DNA of 64,000 bases from Phoronis australis. Lineage: Eukaryota; Animalia; Phoronida. The stretch lies in contig NMRA01000007.1 of the NCBI GenBank assembly GCA_002633005.1, positions 1,846,569-1,910,568 of the forward strand, read 5' to 3'. The translations under genes and the position numbers were made by a program. Shown piece after piece: positions 51,101 through 64,000 of the stretch; the stretch's first letter is position 1, and each line of letters opens with the position of its first letter. The notes under the pieces were generated by a model, which worked only from the letters and a program-made list of their open reading frames with translations, had not been told where the DNA came from and did not search any database.

Positions 51101-52891
51101 AGTGTAATTTTCGGGTTTGTTAACTGCTGAGAAATTGCTGATTGTATGGAACTGTATCTCAAGAGTCTCACTTGATGAACAATAATATCAAAATGAAAAT
51201 GAAGAACGAAATTATGCTTGATTTGATAACAAGTCTCGATCAAAGCTCAGTCAAGCAGGTAGCCAGAAATTTTCAGTGCAAACTCTCGCGGCTAGTACAT
51301 AGGTCATGTGTGGAAGTTGGCATCCCAGGACTAGAGTTCTATAATATGTTTTAACTGTTGCGTGGTGGGAATTGTGTTGTTTGAAGAACAGTGGCATTTT
51401 GACTCACTGTGGTCCAACGTCATTGTTATCCAACATATAACTTGTGACTCACTGTGGTCCAACGTCATTGTTATCCAACATATAACTTGTATTGTTGTGT
51501 GCCCTGGGGAGAATTCTCTTTTGCCTATAATATGCAAATGACTATGAACTGTTTTTCAGACTGATTCGTTATTGCAGTCTGTTGTTTTTTGTTTCAGAGG
51601 TCACTTTCGCAGTTCTTTGATATATCCATACTGACATTCACTGTTCAGCCTACTGCCATTTCAAAGGTAAAATGTATATCAATTTCTATGGGTTTTGTGA
51701 ATATTCTATTTTTATCTGAATAGGTTCTGTTTGTTGTGTTTCATTATCCTATTCTTATTGTTTGCTCATTCTTAGATGAGATGCATGTAAAACCATACCA
51801 TGTCTTAGACCACATCCTGACAATGTAGACTACTGTAATAGGCTATATCTTCCTATTGCTGGTCAGTGATGAAGTTTTTGAGTACTTTATGGTCTTAAAA
51901 TATATTTCAATTCATATCTGTAGTCTTAACATTCAGTAAGTGGTGCCATTGTGAACAGGGGCAAGGCCGTTCACCTCCGCAAAAGATGAATTTGTAAGAT
52001 AATGGTGGTCTCGTGTTGTAACCTCAAGCATTGTGTTCATAATTCTCAATTGTTTGTAAACATGAATGGTCATCGCAGACTTCAGTTGTGTGCATGCATA
52101 GACTAGTTGTGGTAATTCTCCACTTTTTGTAAACAAAAATAATTGCCAAAATAGTCATTTTTACAGTTTTCAAAAGCTGATTACCTCAATGAAAGTGATG
52201 GGAAAATTACCATCTAAAACTTTCTTAAACTTTTATGGTGAAATTAAACACAATAGAATTTCACTTTTCAGCCATATTGTGTGCTGAATAATTGAAACTT
52301 ACCTTAGCCTACTGTCATGTTGTTTCACTAGCGCCACCTATTGAGTTTTGATCTGATTCCTGACAACCACTTTATATTGTTTTGACTGGCATATCTGCTT
52401 TCTGTACAGGTCAACACCAGTGTGCAATTGTTGTTGCTGGCCTCCACATTAGGTGCCCCAGTGTTTGGCTACGTGGATCATATCTACCTTCACTATCTGT
52501 GGTAATATTTAGTTAATAGCAATTTAGAAATTATTCTGTTATTAGTCAAGTGACCATTGTTCAATTTTTATGTCGATAGTTACTGAATATATTTAAATGA
52601 GAATATATTTAAATGAGCCATTTGTTTGAGGATTTTTTGTGCGCAGCTGCCATAACTATTGCAGTGGTCTCAAAGTACAAGACCCTGATGATTTTTTTAT
52701 TCATATTCGACAATACTGTCATGGAGTTTTGCTTCGCTTAATTAGGTCAATCAACTGTTTATCAACATTGTTTCTATATAGGTTACTTATTTCCTGTCTG
52801 CAGGTACTTAACTGCTGTGACCACCATCATGTCAGGGATCAGTTATCTAACAGCCAAGGATGCTATACGGCTCATGAAGAAAAAGACTTGA
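45175..52891 (+). CDS. CRLS1: Cardiolipin synthase (CDP-alcohol phosphatidyltransferase), 7 coding exons
   Basis: Exons 45175-45615, 46172-46309, 47342-47471, 50137-50222, 51598-51666, 52410-52501, 52804-52891 (TGA). Motifs: [20 protein letters not shown]...[10 protein letters not shown] (CDP-alcohol transferase signature), RDVGLI, PTAISKVNT. The basic, Ser-rich N-terminus fits a mitochondrial presequence. The start codon is less certain. Confidence 0.94.
47581..49943. mobile_element. ~2.4-kb composite non-autonomous DNA transposon in CRLS1 intron 3
   Basis: ~60-bp imperfect TIR (CAGCCT..CCCAAGCCTCAAGATGG.GCTGA...TTTAGCCATTTGAG.CTTGGTTAT) at both ends, flanked by TGT on each side. GC-rich nested fragments lie at 48773-49350, and there is an N at 48880. 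Confidence 0.8.
51400..51489. repeat. 2 x 45-bp perfect tandem duplication in CRLS1 intron 4
   Basis: TGACTCACTGTGGTCCAACGTCATTGTTATCCAACATATAACTTG occurs twice. Confidence 0.9.
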
Positions 52892-53893
52892 ACTCTGCTC
52901 ACTTTTAGGGAAGAAAAATAATGCCATTGCTTCTTGGAAAGAAAGACTTAAATGTCATTGGTTCTTTGCAAAATAAGATTTAAATGTTGTCTTGGCAACA
53001 GATTAATGAAGAACAAAATCATGTTAAGAATATTTCAATGTCATTGGATTTTTGAGAGAAAGAACTGAAGGTTTTGGTTGTTTTATAAAAAAGTTAAAAT
53101 TGCAGTTTTATTGAGAAAAACATTTTGTTAAAACATTTGGTTGCAATAGTTTCACTGCTGAAGGATAGTTATGAACAGTTCTTGCCAATGTTATGTACTG
53201 TATGTTGCGGCAGTGGAGAGTATTTTTGACTTATTCAAGACTTGTATGTCGACTCATGATGTCTGATTGTTTGTATCCTGGTGATGTCTAATGATTAGAC
53301 GAAATGTTCCATTAATATGAAGTTTTTAATTTGTGCAGCGATTGTCCATTTTTTGATATTATTCAAGAGGTATGTTTCATGAATGTTATTCAGTATTTGA
53401 TAGGCTTCGTGTGAATATTTTCAGTGGTGCTTTTGGAATGAGACTCGATGTTAACTTAATGTGCGTTATGTTCAGTTATTCCAGAAAAATTTGTGTACTA
53501 TTACATATCAAGTTGCCCTATGAATAGACTTGGTTCTGTTATGCAGTTATTGCACTCCTTCCCCATTTTACTGGTCATTGTGAGTCTTCCGACTTGACAA
53601 TAAGAGCAAGATATCTGTTTAGTTATGTGATTCATTCCTTGAATATCTATGGATGGCTTGTTCTTGACCATAATAAATCGGTGTCTTCACTGTCACCTGA
53701 AATGGAATAATGGTGAGCTGGTTAATTTTATTGACATTTCTTTTGTGTCGCTCAGGAAGTCACAAATCCAGGTTTTCTTATATAAATTTGTGTCACTGCG
53801 GTAGTATCTCACCAATATGGGACAAAAGCAATTGCCAAAATTGGTCTTTTTTCGTTTTTCAAAGGTTTTTAACATTACTTTGAATGCCTACAA

Positions 53894-54060
53894 TTGACCT
53901 ATCGCAAGCTCTGCCCCCTTGCGAAATGTCGACAAACAAACAATTTTACCCCGCAACGGGTTGTTTTTGGGGTAAAATGGCGGCTTGGAAACGAAGGTGT
54001 GTCAAGAATGCTACATTCTGATTGGTCAGTTCAGCCGTCAAGCCGTCTCCCAAAATCAAT
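53894..54060. mobile_element. Second, partly degraded copy of the MITE at 4781-4963
   Basis: TTGACCTATCGCAAGCTC.GCCCCCTTGCGAAATGTCGACAAACAAACAAT... matches the reverse complement of 4781-4963. Confidence 0.75.
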
Positions 54061-55842
54061 TCATTATCTGGTGATAGTTATGATACATACCTTTAAGAAT
54101 TGTAATACATTTATTTAGTCGCACCTATCTTTTACCAGTGAAGCAAAAAATAAAATTACACTTGTCGGCCATGTTTTGTCCTAAATTTGTGAGAAGTTAC
54201 CATTTGTTACTGATTTCATGTTGTTAGGAGGCAAAATTAATCCTTTATATTGTGATCTGTTCTCTATGAGGAGCTTGGTCACTACATAAAATACCACAAC
54301 AAAAATAAAACAAATGAAAAATTTTAAAGGTTTTGTTATCGTAATATAACCTTTCAACACAAACGAAATGTTAAACAAAGTGTTAAAGAGATGACTGGGC
54401 GTGCGACCTTTTGGATACTAGAAAAGTGGGCTCTACCTAGGTCAGTTTCCATGGAATGTCACCCTCGTTGCTGATTGGGGGGTAAATGCTTTCATTGGGG
54501 CAAGTGGGTGACTAGGGGATTGAATTGGTGACCAGCTGTTGTGCAGTGAGACTTTGTAGGCAAGTGAATATGGACGTGTCAAAACAAATGTCAGTGTTGG
54601 TTACCGTTCGTTTGAAAAGTAACAAACTTGTTGTCTTTACCATTATCCATTGGACATGTCACTGAAAAATAAAACTTTGTGATTTGAAATCTTGCAAAAA
54701 ATTTCAAGAATTTAAAAATGGCTGCTGGTGACAGAAATTCGTGTCATTCCTATTCCGTTTTAAGTTTCTGAATCTTTTTCCCAGTTTTGATTGATTTCAT
54801 TAGTTTTCAATTTTTCCAATTTTCGAAGCCGCATTCCATCCCGTTTGAGTTTAGCGGTCTCCTGGTATTGCTTACGGTGATAGGGTTCTATTTTCGTTAG
54901 CTGCAAGACGACCGCCACCATCAGCGATTTGAGAAACTCTTCACAGTTTATTGTAATTGGCCAACGCTAAAATTGCGAGTTTGAAAACAAAGTATGTCCT
55001 CATTGCGTGCGACTTGAATTGGTAACGGAATGTAAGGAATATAAAAAGACTGGTTTTATTTTCGTATTTTTTTTCAACAGGACGACGTGCAACTTTAACA
55101 AATATGTCTATTTCAGTCAAAAAATAAAAGTTGACAAAAGTAGACAGTGTGACCACAGCTTTTCTGGAGACGCTGATTAAGTTTTTTTCTCCGATCATTA
55201 GGGAATGCAAGCACACGGGGCTTAGGGGATTTTTTGTACGGGAATGGAGTATGACGATTCCTTTCGATGTATAACGTACAAGAATAGGTGGAATTTGAAT
55301 TTATCAGTCTTATTCACTGTGCTCGGTTCTAGCAACTTTAAGAATGGGCAAAGTTTTGTCAATGAAAGTTGATATGTGAACTCGCAGTTGATGTTTTAGT
55401 ACCTCGCAACTGCTTTCCAAAAAAAAGATCTCAACTTCATTATACACAAAAGTCAAGTGGGCAAAACTTGATATCCGCTTTTACACAAAAGTCCGTTGGA
55501 AAAAATTTGTTGACATTCGCTTCATCTCGTGAAGATGAGCCATCATTATTGTAAACTCGAAGATTTAGTGTCTCAATAAGTGACTCCATCAAGAACGCTC
55601 CCCCCAGGTGTCTCTCTTGCTGTATATCGATCTAGTACTTGTTGGGTGACGAATGGTTGCAATAAACTATAAATCGAAACTCCGGGAATACTCAACTAGG
55701 CGCGCGGTATCGGTAAGTTCACAGAAGTTACGATTTACAGTTTATTGTACTTCACCTGGGTCACGATGATGTTCACTATCTAATCTTGGGTGGTGAATTT
55801 CTGTTAATCTATATGTGAAAAATGTGTAGCTGATCCATTGTA

Positions 55843-58800
55843 TTACCTTAAGCCGCTGATGTTGTCTTGAGAAAACTTGGGGACCAACAAGTCGGCTAGT
55901 ATTGTTTCTTCTGACTGAAAAACAAATTGACAACCGTTAGCAAAATTGTGGAAAAGTAGTCGTCTGCGCAGTGTTACATGTTTCCATTATTATTATTATT
56001 ACTCTACACCAGTCATGTTGAAGTAAACTTATTTTTATCCTTACGGTCGTAGCGGTGTCCATCCCACTGAGAGGTTCGTTTGTGTCAAATACCACGCTTT
56101 TCTTGGAAACGGTTTCTGTGGCTGACGGTGGTTCATTCTTTTCAGAATTTTCTTTCGGTTGGAGGTTGTCAGAGTCTGCAAATGCATTTTTACATTGCCT
56201 TGTCAGATCATTAATTGCTGCAAGTTTCTAAAACGTTTTAATAACGTATGTATGTCGTGCACGTACAGGCGTGTAGGAGGTCTTCTGAGACCACGTACGT
56301 ATAGAGGTCTGTTCCTGAAGAGTCTATAGCAAAAAAAGTGGTTTGTTTTGTTTAGTCTTTTTTCTTATAGTGTGCTGCCGTTCAGGCTGGTGACAAATTT
56401 CTTTCTTTTGACTTCCGAAAAGTAGACAGAGTTTTTACTTTAAACTTTAGCCTGATTTTGCAATCAAAAAACAACAGACCTTCGAGAAACAAGCCGCAGA
56501 AAACGGGACTGTTTCGGCAAAAAAAAATCAATCTCGAGCCCAACACGAAGTGAGCCGAATTTACCTCTTTGGTTGGCCAGATAAGTTCGGCTATTTGAAC
56601 CTGTTGACTTTCAATGTAAATTGCACTGTTGTAATTGCGATGAGATCATCAATTGAATATGTAAAGAGAAATCCTTGAAATTTCCTAAGTTTTTAAAAAC
56701 TAGTTTTCAAAAATTGAATGAGCTGAGACATTTAATTGTCAGGAATTTCTCATGGTGCTGGTGAACTAAGATACCGTTCCCACTAGGCTGGCAAGTTCAA
56801 CGTGGCATTAAACCCGAATTTTGATTTCGCTACTTACCAATATGAAATTGGTCTCATACTGGAGACCGTGTGGTTTTTTTGCGCGGGTTTGAAAAGAATG
56901 GGGGTGCCAGCTCGTTCTTCAGATCAAGGGCATAAATTTCAGGTCACGCTGTGGTTTAAAGAATTGAACAGTCAGTTCTTGAAACCAGTTTCATAGTCAA
57001 CCTGCGAAAATCAGCAATTTTAGGTTTGATGGCGATCAAAGTCACGTTAGAACCTGGCAACCACCGTTAGAAGTGGCCCTACCTTGAAACTTGGGGGCCT
57101 ACCAAATCGAAATATGCACCGTTTCCAGTTTGATTAAGGAACGATTTCAGACCAATTTCATAACGGTAAGTGATCAAGTTGTTTTTGTTGTGAAAGGGCT
57201 ACTCGAACAACACTGCCACTGAACCTTGGCTCTAGTGAACCCAAAGATATAGACCCCTTGTGAAACAAGGCCACCGGACCCGGCAGTGAGATCGTAATCC
57301 GGTGATGCGGCTCACCGACCGCCACCGACACGTACATGGTGCCGCCGGAGAGACTTGCAACTATTGAGTTAAACAATCGTGCGCCGTACCCAGTGGAGTC
57401 ACAAANNNNNNNNNNNNNNNNNNNNNNNNNNNNNNNNNNNNNNNNNNNNNNNNNNNNNNNNNNNNNNNNNNNNNNNNNNNNNNNNNNNNNNGGGGGGTGA
57501 ATAAACAATGCATAGGCCCAGAACAAACCCCGTTTACCGTTTTTTTTTTTTAGTCAAAAGGTCCGCAAATCCAAAAATTCGAGACCCCTGCATCCCTACA
57601 TTTTAGGCTGGGCGAGCGCGTCTGCCGAAATTCTTGTTATTCCTGTGCCCTGCCCCCCCCCAACTCAAAATCCTGGATCCGCCCCTGAAGACGCCTCATG
57701 ACTGACTCCGTATCGTTGGGTGGTCACGAAGAACCGTGTGTTTGTGAGTCCACGGGCAAGAGTTTCCTGCGTGCATAATGAGTCCTGCTTTGTGAATTCT
57801 GCACAGTTGTTTGACTACAGGTTAGAGGCCGTGTATTAAGACCGGTGTGCAAGTGACTCGGTAAACTGAGTTTCGGGTTCGTCCGCAAACCGCATGGTTA
57901 TAGCGAATGGGGAACTGTGTTCATGAATACCATCGCCGTGTTGTTCGTGTACCCTAAATGCGCATTAGTAAAGGTACCGGGTTTTTGTCTCTGGAATGTT
58001 CCTAGTACACCTCCGTGGATAATTCTGGTTCCTTTCTCGCGCAGGATGGCTTCTTTTTCTAGGTCTGCGAACTCCTTGCATACCTGAATTCCCTGTAAAT
58101 TTAACCCGCGTACACATTCTAAAAAAATATAAGGCTGACATTAATTAAAACATCAGTAATCATGTCCCAGTAGATGAATACACAAAAACTATAGTTAATC
58201 GAGACTAAATGACCTGTCTCTGTTCCATTTCGAATTTTAATCTGTCCAGAAAATCGTAAGTAACAATTCCCTTTCGAGAATAACATACTGAGAGTGACGC
58301 ATACTGTCTGAAAGGGTCATATGAATTCGATCGACCTGCGACATGACGCTCCGAAGTTGGTCAAATTTGGCCGTTTTCTAGTGGGATCCTTCACAAGATG
58401 TAAGAAGTTTTATGTCAAGACGAAAGTACTGTAGGACGTGGTTTGCGTCAGTGTTTCGAATTCAGCGAGTACAAAAAGAGGCCCAATTGTAGGAAAAGTG
58501 TGATGTATAGTTACAACCGAGGTGCTATAGCTAAGGCCCTGACTCTTCTACGTATCCAAATGGGAAATTCCAAATTCACTGAGTGTCGCAAATGAATCAA
58601 TGGACCTTCCCACATAAATGCCTGTTTTCAGGTAAATCACGTGGTATGAAGCGCCAAAGGTTCTTACATTCTACTCGTTGAAATGTGTTTAATCTACGCG
58701 TTCTCAGACCCTTAGCCAGGGGGGTTCGGGGGCTCGGGGTTCGATCGAACCTCCCACCCACCGCGGAAAATGTCCAGCCCCGGCCTATCCGTTAAAGATG

Positions 58801-61800
58801 GGATATAGATGGACAACAACAACAAAATTGTACTGGTACTACTAACTATGTCTATACAATGATAACTAAGTCAGTAATACTTAATTTAGTTCACGTAATT
58901 TTCGGGTTGCACCCGGTTAACTTCGCCCGAATGGCCGTGCTTTAGGATCATGCAGACGATGAGAGGAGGCTTGGTATTATTCGTCGGCATTGAACGCGCG
59001 CGGTGGCTACAACACGAAGTCTAAAAGTAAATGTCTATGCACTGTATAGATAGGTTATAAAGCAGCGAGAGAGCTCCCAAAAAGTAATGCCGTATGAACG
59101 TCTTAAAAATTGACCAAGAAACGAAATAGCAGAGAGCAGGTTTATCTCAGTGCAATTTAATAGTGGTAGAGTACGGTAAAGTGCAGTCATTTTGAAATTT
59201 TCCACTTTGGCTGTGGATTGGTGGATGACATGAATTCGTGTAGGCTACACGTGTGTGGAACTCCATTCACTATAAGCAGCCCCACTTTTTTCAGTGCTGC
59301 GCCACCCATCGGCGGTGCACCCTGAAAGGGGGGGGTATGACACGACTCACTTTTTTCAGTGCTGCACCGCCCATGAACTACCGTATTTTCTTGCACTAAG
59401 AAAACCCCGACTAGCATGTTCATATTACTAGGGAAAATAGGTCTAGACCTAATAAAACTTTGGTCAATGATGAAAGTCTTCTCTCGTCAATCAGTGCAAA
59501 TGGCGCACAGCCTCCGGCCTCGCAGGCGCCACATGAGCAACAAACTTGATGGAAAAGATTTCCAAGGTTACATGTCACTATTCCGACGATTCACTTTTCC
59601 GAAAGACCACTACTCCGAAGTTACTGTGAAGGTTTGCAACCTTAGAAAGTTCACTATGACTTCGAATGTCCACAATTCCGATAGTCCATTACCGGCTGTG
59701 ATTGTCTGCTGACGAGTCGGAACTGACATGAGAAAAGTAGACCTTATGTATTTCTGCCCATTTAGTAACTATTTAAAGGGTGTACAAAAGTTGAATAATT
59801 CTTAAAACATTGATTACATTGTTTACAAATGAGCTCAGTTCTGACTGCCAAGGCAATCTAAGTAACGACTCATTCAGTCTCAAGCAGGGGCAACATCGGG
59901 TCAGGACTTCAGCGACCAATAGCGGCGGCTGAATGGGACTCTCAGACTTCGTGAATGGCAGCGGCCCTAAACTAACTCAGTCACGCAGTGAAATGATGCG
60001 ACCTTGACATGGATTTGATGATGTATCGTGGTTGATAATTCATCAATGTTCCTACGTCATAATCTTTTAAAAATTCAAGTACTTACTCATTTTCTCTATT
60101 CGAAAGACATGCGGGTAGTCGCATGCGCATGAAATCCAGGCGCTGTTTGAGCATAGGTACACCACCTAGTGCATCTAATAACCCCAGTGTTCGATTTATG
60201 CGGTTCACGGCAAAAGGGGATATCTGATACACCCAAGTCCGATCTTTTCGGGGTAGTGAACCTTCGGAATAGTGAACCTTCAGATCAGTAGTGAGCCTTT
60301 GGAATACTGGACTTTTTCCCATTTCCAGCGATGTAAACAAGTTAAGTATTATCACGCAAAGATCAAAATATTCAAGTCGATCATCCTCCGATTAAATATT
60401 TCCGTCCGATTGTGTAATGAGATGTAATAACTCATTTAATCACGCCCGAGGTTTAAAAGTTTGGCAGGGGTAACGCGGGAACATTCTCTTTCTGGACCAC
60501 ATTACATCCGAATCTGGGTCCCGTTCTTTGTGAGCAACTGTCAGGGCATCCTCATTTCTGATCTTGGGAACATAAAGCTGAGAGTCTTCGTTGTGTACAT
60601 AGATTTCCCTCCCCCTAATTAAACTGCGTCAAAGGGCCTTATCAAAAACTCTACAGTGTCGACGTTTGCAAAATATCAAGGGTCCAACGTACTAGAAATT
60701 CGAACCACCCCCGCGCAATGCTGGCTACGGACCTGGTAGGCCTACTTTTGTTAAAACTACGGGTACTTTTAATCAGATCATATAGTCCAATCACGCCCGT
60801 GCTCTCAAATTAATTAAGAGCAGAAAGATGATCGTTTAAGAACTAAAAGTACGCGTAAATTAAGCAAAAGCACACGTAAATTAAGGAAAAGTACGCGTAA
60901 ATATAGCACATGTCAATGCGTAGAAATGTACTAGGAGTTAGGAACTCTTTGGCGCTACATTACGTGGAACATTTATCACACGAAGGCCTCTATGCTGATG
61001 AACTATCTACTCTATTCAAATGTAAGAAAGAGGAATATCGTTTTGCCCATTTAATGAGTTGTGCTCTGACATTTCTAATTACGTCACAGTCGTGCGCACA
61101 ATACGCACCTCATATGCATTAGCCTACATCTTAATAGTTTCTGTAGGACATATTACGTACGTCTACATGTCCACTGTACGACCCAGTACACCTGATAATA
61201 TTGAGTAAACGTAAATGCGTAGGCTACGCTGTCGTGGATCTCGTAAGCTGCAGTGCCGCCACAGGTTTCGTATCGGTCAGGAACAGCACGAGTATGCCAT
61301 GTTTTTATTGCCGCCGTATCGCGCCAGGTACGCTGGCGACGCTCGTCCCGTACATTGCATACGCAGCTATTCTCATCAAGAAAACATAGCGCCGCGCTCT
61401 TCATGGGGTAAATCATGCAAATGGTACGCATGATATGCGACACACACATTAAGTAACTGATTTTTTTTTAATTTTGCCGGTGCGTACATATGTCTGTGTA
61501 TTTAAGGAAACAATTATAAGGAACTAATTTGATGTGATCAAAAGTGTGACAGGGTCTTCATCGGACTGCATCAGCCAAGTATTAAAAGTATTGGCAGTGT
61601 TATTTTAGAGGGTTAGCCCTTGGTTCTAAGTTACTTGACGACATTCTTGTGATAAATCACGAGTCAGAAGAGCTTAGAATCGGAGAGTCATTTTTAGGAA
61701 TTAGTTTACACGTGACTGCGATGTATAAACACGACGCTCTAATTTTAAACGTACAAAAATTCCAACTCTCCTGAATGCGAAAGTAGTCCTTTCGCGTTTT

Positions 61801-63786
61801 AGTTGACTGCGTATCAGATAGAAAAGACAAAAGATACGATGGTATATTAGTTACCACTTAGCGTATTGCCTGGTTACGTAACCTACCGTCAAATCCAAGA
61901 GCTGGAGAGTGTTCTGGCCAGTAATTATCTTCTTGATCAGTGAAAGGGCCCCTGTAGCTTGAATCGGGTTATTGGCAACCTTGCACAGGAAGAAAATACA
62001 AAACGGAGTGCAAAAATCGTTAATTCAAACCACAAACTATATCGGTAATCTGGCGTTCTCTATGAAATAGCATTCATGAATGACCTTTAAAATACTCCCA
62101 AAGTAACTTTTATGCTAAATCATTTGAGTAAAATTAGGTCTATCGTTTTCGTTACAACACCGCGGCGGGGTCGAGGCCTTCTAAGAAATACACTGAAAAC
62201 ATACGGCTCAACAAGGGTAGAGTTCAGTAACGCTAGAACCTCGCTAAAAAGCAAGACTTCGTGGAGGTTACATGAGATGTTGCCGTGTATTTTAAATGAA
62301 AACATGTGATTTTGGCTACATTTTAGCGAGGTCCTAGCGTAGGTCTTAGCGTACTGAACTCTATCCAGGGTCGTGTTCTAAGTTTTCCTTAAAAGAATAC
62401 TTAACCCGATTTTAGGTAAACAGCAGACTGATACTAATTACCTTGCTAAATTGAGAAGTGTAACTAACGGTTCAAGTCAGACACAGGACAAAGACCTTCC
62501 ATCTCAAAACGGACTATTCACTTAGTGGCGCAGTGGGGAAGTGTCTTATTTGAATAATTCTTCTATCGCTCAGGAGACCGGAAGTACCGGTGGTGCATCA
62601 GCAGATGACCGAAACAGCAATTGGTGGGATCACCAAAACCGGGCTTAGAAAAATTTTATTATTAGTTGACTTATTTAAATTGCTATTTTTTAATTTTCCT
62701 TGAAGTTGTTCTTTCCGCTTCATTTCAGTTAAAAAAAATGATTAGACGGATTTTAGCACAAGTTAATTCTCTCGAAACGTAAGACCAAATAACGCTCACT
62801 CAAGGCAACTCCAAATATTTTCAAACTTACCTGAATTTAATATAAGTTTTTACTTTAATTCATATTTTGGTGGTGCACCACCACCTAATATGGCCGCTGT
62901 AGTGACTGACAGCTGGCACACGAATTATGGGTACTTACTTAACGGCCGTCAAAAATAAAAGTGCATAGTAAAATGAAGCTAGCATAAACAGGACTAGAAG
63001 TCACCAAATGTTTACATTTTAGTGATTTAAGTGACGAAAGTCATCCTGAGTTCTAAATTGGTGAACTTAAAGAAAATGGTATCTTTAAGGTCTTCTTATG
63101 TTAAGAAAAACCTTTTAAGATTTAAAAATTTTATCTTCAGTCCCGAAATTCACTCTCCTAATCCAACTAAGATATTCCTTAACTTTTGTTTAACTTTAAG
63201 GAAGCTTGACAATTCCTTTTCATATATTTGGTAACTTTTGAGACAAAATGGCCTCATGTGGTCGCGCTTTGTTTTTTTGAAATTTAAATTACGGAATAAG
63301 TGCCTTTGGATGAGCAGTCATCGAAAACCTCGTGTGTATTGGTTGGTCAGCGTTCTTGTAAAACTTGACGACTAAAACGAGACAAAGCAGGCAACTTGAT
63401 ATCATTATCTGCACTCATAGTCTGTAATTCATGGGCGGCGCAGCACTGAAAAAGTGGGGCTATAGCCCCCCAGCTCCCTGTGGTGCGCCGCCCATGTAAG
63501 TACTTGTGAAGCCTGTAATCATTCAGCACATTGTTTCGTGACAACGAAATAAAATTCTGATACTTCTGCACGAAGTGATTGGACTTCTTACGACTAATTC
63601 CTTGAGCGACGCGCTATCAGCCATGCCAATCGCGATGGTGTTCGCTCCCTTCGGGGATAGGTGTGTGAATCGTATGTCCAGATGCTCCAACGTTTTGTTT
63701 TCCCGAAGAGCCTTCGTCATGGACACGGCACCCTCGTCACTAATTCCGTTGAAACCAAATTTGAAAATTCTGAGTCTGTTGTTCAC
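55843..63786 (-). CDS. Leucine-rich repeat (RI-like/LRR_6) protein, LRRC74-like; 3' exons only, 5' end outside the window
   Basis: Phase-0 exons 63786-63592 (VNNRLRIFKFGFNGISDEGAVSMTKALRENKTLEHLDIRF...), 61979-61887 (VANNPIQATGALSLIKKIITGQNTLQLLDLT) and one starting at 58092 (GIQVCKEFADLEK...IIHGGVLG). Tentative downstream exons are ~56176-56046 and ~55914-55843. The LRRC74 assignment rests on remembered motif similarity, and the last two exons are uncertain. Confidence 0.7.
57406..57491. other. Assembly gap (run of N); single-N joins also at 25211, 28402 and 48880
   Basis: N characters in the sequence. Confidence 1.
59161..59398. mobile_element. Degenerate MITE-like element in an LRR gene intron
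   Basis: Imperfect inverted termini TAGTGGTAGAGTACGGTA / TACCGTATTTTCTTGCACTA, with an internal repeat CACTTTTTTCAGTGCTGC x2. Confidence 0.45.
62120..62450. mobile_element. Foldback element in an LRR gene intron
   Basis: Inverted repeat TAGAGTTCAGTAACGCTAGAACCTCGCTAAAA (~62218) versus TTTTAGCGAGGTCCTAGCGT...GCGTACTGAACTCTA (~62321-62363). Confidence 0.5.
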
Positions 63787-64000
63787 CTATTCAAAAGTTG
63801 CAGCAGAGGTTTGAAAGAACGCGTTCCACATGTTACTTTATGAGAAAAGCAGGTAAAAGGAGATGATTTTACTACTTTAAGATAAATTTGAAACAAAGGA
63901 CACAAATTATTTATCACTAATAAAGTGCATTTCCAAACAAATTAGGTTGTTACTAGGAACAGTGTTCGTAACATTATTCGAGAGATTTCTGAACACATGT

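Noticed and set aside
57158-57526. ORF spanning the N gap
   Set aside because: An artefact of translating through Ns; the flanks look like repeat fragments.

Overview
This is eukaryotic (invertebrate-type, AT-rich) genomic DNA with GT-AG introns. I reconstructed five complete multi-exon genes from splice sites and protein similarity: SEC23 (+, 2839-15839), CHP1-like calcineurin B homologous protein (-, 17440-26852), NDUFAF1/CIA30 (+, 29338-33241), GNPNAT1 (-, 38378-44761) and CRLS1 (+, 45175-52891). The 3' part of an LRRC74-like LRR gene (-) enters from the right edge. The most striking item is an intronless ~590-codon ORF nested on the same strand inside CHP1 intron 1. It encodes a C2H2 zinc finger, an 'HWR' module and a TatD-like domain lacking most metal ligands. 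It has no usable ATG at its 5' end, but it has a splice acceptor in phase with CHP1 exon 1 and its own AATAAA. This predicts an N-myristoylated CHP1-TatD chimera made by alternative last-exon use. An assembly-duplicated copy of the ORF differs at 6 synonymous sites and 1 non-synonymous site, which suggests purifying selection. Several tandem duplications sit exactly on splice junctions, including three in-frame acceptors in GNPNAT1. SEC23 carries a duplicated N-terminal motif. Many MITE-type elements with TIRs/TSDs occupy introns. All gene models are manual and unverified by RNA data.
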